Assembly (NCBI GenBank): GCA_025060715.1
Contig: JANXBG010000002.1
Coordinates: 11,294 to 75,293 of the forward strand
DNA: 64,000 bases
Direction of reading: 5' to 3'
Source of the DNA: a candidate division WOR-3 bacterium
GTDB taxonomy: Bacteria; Hydrothermota; Tepidihabitantia; Tepidihabitantales; DTDR01
Notes under the pieces: generated by a model
Told to the model about the DNA's origin: nothing
Seen by the model: only the letters and a program-made list of their open reading frames with translations
Databases searched by the model: none
Shown: positions 61,304 through 64,000 of the stretch, piece after piece
Layout: each line of letters begins with the position of its first letter
Position numbering within the stretch: position 1 is the first letter of the stretch
Made by a program: the position numbers and the translations under genes

Positions 61304-62416
61304 ATGATCGCCCAAAAAATAACTGTAATAAGTATTTTTTTAAATATCATCTTATCTTTTTTAAAAATCTTTTTAGGAATTTTAGGAAAAAGTCAAGCAA
61401 TTATTGCCGACGGAATTCATTCTCTTTCTGACTTGATTACTGATTTGGGCGTTTTATTTTCTCTTTCTCTCTCCCAAAAAGAGAAGGATATTACTCACCC
61501 TTATGGCCATTATCGGGTGGAAAATCTTTCGGCATTAATTCTTGCCATCGTTTTAATTGGCACTTCTTTTTATTTAGGTTTCTATTCTTTTATTACCTTT
61601 TTAAACATCTTAAATAAAAAAGTTACAAAAGAAATTTCTTCTTATGTATTAATTGGTTCAATCTTAACAATTTTATTAAAAGAAATCCTTTTTAGGGTAA
61701 CAAAAAAGATTGGTGAAAGATTAAATAACTCCCTTTTAGTTGCTAATGCTTATCATCATCGTTCGGATGTCTTTTCTTCTATTGCAACAACTATTGGAGT
61801 TTCCTTAGCAATCTTTTTTGGAAAAGAATATCTTATATTAGACCCGATTATTAGTTTTATTTTAATAGTAATTATTGTAATAACCGGTATAAAAATCTTC
61901 ATTAAAGAAGGCAAAATTTTAATTGATACCCAAATTGAAGAAAAAGAGAGAGAAAAAATTGAAAAGATTATTAAAGAAAGTGAAGGAGGTAAATATGCCC
62001 ACGATATTAGAACGAGAAGGAGCGGTGGGAAGATTTTTATTGACTTCCATTTAAGTTTAGATAAAGAGCACAATCTATTTTCTGCCCATCAACTTACTGA
62101 AAATTTAGAAAAGGAAATTAAAGGAAAAATAGAAAACGTGGAAGAGGTTTTTATCCACTTAGAGCCAAAAGAGGAGCCGATAGAAAAAGAAGAATTAGAA
62201 AAGGTTATTTATCAAAATTTAAAAAATTTAAAAGAAATAAAAGAGATAAAAAAGATAAAAATCTTTCCCTTTTATGAAGCCTATCAAATAGATTTAGAAA
62301 TAAGAATTAGAAAAAATTATTCTTTAACAAAAATCCATGAGATAATCCATAAAATTGAAGAAGAATTAATGAAATTAGATTTTATAAAAAAAGTAAATAT
62401 TCATATTGAGCCATAA
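61304..62416 (+). CDS. Cation diffusion facilitator (CDF) family metal efflux transporter with extended cytoplasmic C-terminal domain
   Basis: Six-transmembrane core with HSLSDLITD (transmembrane helix 2) and AYHHRSDVFSSIAT (transmembrane helix 5) metal-binding signatures; 370 aa. Confidence 0.8.
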   Translation: MIAQKITVISIFLNIILSFLKIFLGILGKSQAIIADGIHSLSDLITDLGVLFSLSLSQKEKDITHPYGHYRVENLSALILAIVLIGTSFYLGFYSFITFLNILNKKVTKEISSYVLIGSILTILLKEILFRVTKKIGERLNNSLLVANAYHHRSDVFSSIATTIGVSLAIFFGKEYLILDPIISFILIVIIVITGIKIFIKEGKILIDTQIEEKEREKIEKIIKESEGGKYAHDIRTRRSGGKIFIDFHLSLDKEHNLFSAHQLTENLEKEIKGKIENVEEVFIHLEPKEEPIEKEELEKVIYQNLKNLKEIKEIKKIKIFPFYEAYQIDLEIRIRKNYSLTKIHEIIHKIEEELMKLDFIKKVNIHIEP

Positions 62417-62462
62417 ATTGAAATAAATTGAAAAATAAATAATAATCTCTATAATTTTAAAT

Positions 62463-63392
62463 ATGAAAAAAGATTTAATTTCATTAAGAGACTTAAATAA
62501 AAAGGAGATTATCTTTTTATTTAAAAAAACAAAGGAATTAAAAAAGCTTTTTCAAAAGAAGAAAGTCATAAATTTATTAAAAGGAAGGATAGGTGCTCTC
62601 TTATTTGAAAAGCCCTCCTTGAGAACAAGAGTGACTTTTGAAACTGCTTTGAAACAATTAGGTGGTGATTCTATTTATCTCAGTCCCCAAGATGTTCAAA
62701 TGGGAAAAAGAGAAAGTGTAAAAGATATTGCCCAAAACCTTTCCAGATGGGTTGATTTAATTATTGTAAGAACTTTCTCCCATAATATTACTAAAGAATT
62801 AAAAGAATATAGCACAATTCCGGTAATTAATGCCTTGGATGATTATGAACATCCCTGTCAAGCTCTGGCCGATTACTATACTATTTGGGAAAGAGAAAAA
62901 AATATAGAAAAAATAAAATTGGGATTTATTGGTGACGGAAATAATGTCTGTCATTCTTTAATGATTGGTGCCAAAATATTAGAAATTGATATGATGGTTG
63001 CTACTCCTAATGGTTATGAACCTGATAAAGAAATAATTGAATTTTCAAAAGGTAGGGTTTATATAACTAACGATCCAAAAGAAGTAGTAAAAGAATGTGA
63101 TTATATTTATACCGATGTTTGGGTTTCAATGGGACAGGAAAGTGAAAAAGAAAAAAGAATTAGAGATTTCCAAGGATTTCAAATTAATTCGGAATTATTA
63201 AAATTGGCAAAAAGGGATTATAAGATTATGCATTGTTTACCTGCCCATCGGGGTGAAGAAATAACTGATGAGGTATTGGACGGCAAAAATTCTATTGTTT
63301 TAGATCAAGCAGAAAATCGGTTACACATTCAAAGGAGTTTAATTCTATATTTATTAAATCTCATAAAACTCCCTTCTTCTATCAAGAAATAG
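62463..63392 (+). CDS. argF: Ornithine carbamoyltransferase
   Basis: SLRTRVTFE (STRTR carbamoyl-phosphate motif), HPCQALAD (HPxQ) and HCLPAHRGEE (HCLP, ornithine-specific) motifs; 309 aa. Confidence 0.85.
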   Translation: MKKDLISLRDLNKKEIIFLFKKTKELKKLFQKKKVINLLKGRIGALLFEKPSLRTRVTFETALKQLGGDSIYLSPQDVQMGKRESVKDIAQNLSRWVDLIIVRTFSHNITKELKEYSTIPVINALDDYEHPCQALADYYTIWEREKNIEKIKLGFIGDGNNVCHSLMIGAKILEIDMMVATPNGYEPDKEIIEFSKGRVYITNDPKEVVKECDYIYTDVWVSMGQESEKEKRIRDFQGFQINSELLKLAKRDYKIMHCLPAHRGEEITDEVLDGKNSIVLDQAENRLHIQRSLILYLLNLIKLPSSIKK

Positions 63393-64000
63393 ATCGTTTT
63401 TATCGGTCACTTTTTTATTATTAGCCTCTTCAGTATTAATTTTTACAACTTTTAATACTTCTTCATCTTCGGCTTTCATTAAGATTTCACCTTTTGGGGA
63501 AACTATCTGACTTTTTCCTAAAAATTTCAATTCCTTATCTCCTCTTTTTTCTACACCTATTCTATTTGCTAATATCCAAAATATATGATTTTCCAATGCC
63601 CTTACTTGGGTTATCAAAGGAGCATAAGGCAAAACCAAATTGGAGGGGTGACAAATAATCTGTGCTCCTTTTATCGCTAATGTCCTTGCTGCCTCTGGAA
63701 AAAAATAATCAAAACAGATTAAAATTCCAATTTTTAAATTGTTATAATTAAAAATATTCAATTTTAAATTACCTTTTTCAAAAATGTCCTTCTCATCTTT
63801 AAAAAGATGAATTTTTCTATATAATAAATAATCGCCTTCAGGCGCAACAATTAAAGCAGAATTATAAAAGTTGTTATTATCCCTTTCTAAAAACCCACCT
63901 GCAACGATTGAATTATAATTTTTTGCCAAATGCCTTAAAAAATAATAAGTCTCTCCCTCCACTTTCTCCGCAAATTTAGAAACCTCTTTTTCATCTAAAA
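63354..64000 (-). CDS. Carbon-nitrogen hydrolase family protein (nitrilase/amidase-like), 5' end beyond the window
   Basis: ...YNSALIVAPEGDYLLYRKIHLF and ILICFDYFFPEAAR (catalytic Cys region C-F-D) typical of the CN-hydrolase fold; frame open to the window edge; 3' end overlaps argF convergently. Confidence 0.7.
   Translation of the reverse strand, partial: LDEKEVSKFAEKVEGETYYFLRHLAKNYNSIVAGGFLERDNNNFYNSALIVAPEGDYLLYRKIHLFKDEKDIFEKGNLKLNIFNYNNLKIGILICFDYFFPEAARTLAIKGAQIICHPSNLVLPYAPLITQVRALENHIFWILANRIGVEKRGDKELKFLGKSQIVSPKGEILMKAEDEEVLKVVKINTEEANNKKVTDKNDLFLDRRREFYEI

Overview
This is a 64 kb, gene-dense (~90% coding) window from a low-GC bacterium, roughly 30% GC by eye. I found no rRNA, tRNA, CRISPR array, transposase or integrase. 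The gene content points to an uncultivated member of the FCB-group (Bacteroidota-like secretion biology), not a classical model organism. The evidence is a PilB/PilC pilus or T2SS ATPase-platform pair, at least four proteins ending in type IX secretion (T9SS) C-terminal sorting domains, and two PorV/PorQ-like outer-membrane barrels.

The housekeeping backbone is gyrB, mltG, ruvX, hbd, clpB, purH, polA, hisS, guaA, lepB, acpS, tsaD and argF. Interleaved with it is accessory material:
- A frameshift-split Type IIG-like restriction-modification (RM) gene, with a PD-ExK nuclease motif fused to an N6-adenine methyltransferase (motifs DPACGSGTF and NPPW).
- A 2268-aa T9SS cargo giant built from ten CARDB-like repeats plus a Kelch-like propeller, containing a near-identical internal DNA repeat.
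- A minus-strand operon of lipoprotein, TonB-dependent-receptor-like protein, 982-aa T9SS cargo, PorV-like barrel and a C11 (clostripain-like) peptidase carrying a T9SS C-terminal domain.
- An orphan V-type ATPase D subunit gene.
- An orphan HgdC/BcrA-type activase ATPase coupled to an SdpI-like membrane protein.
- A SpoIVB-like S55 peptidase operon.
- An overlapping pair of small ORFs of unknown function.
- Two GC-rich hairpin islands in otherwise AT-rich non-coding DNA.

purH is split by a 1-nt frameshift in an A4 run and the RM gene is split by a separate frameshift. These are either real pseudogenes or consensus errors, for example in a metagenome-assembled genome (MAG). I recognise no obviously complete, textbook novel defence system. 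The strongest candidates for new biology are the RM-like fusion, the small-ORF pair, the orphan ATPase modules and the T9SS cargo/PorV/TonB operon.
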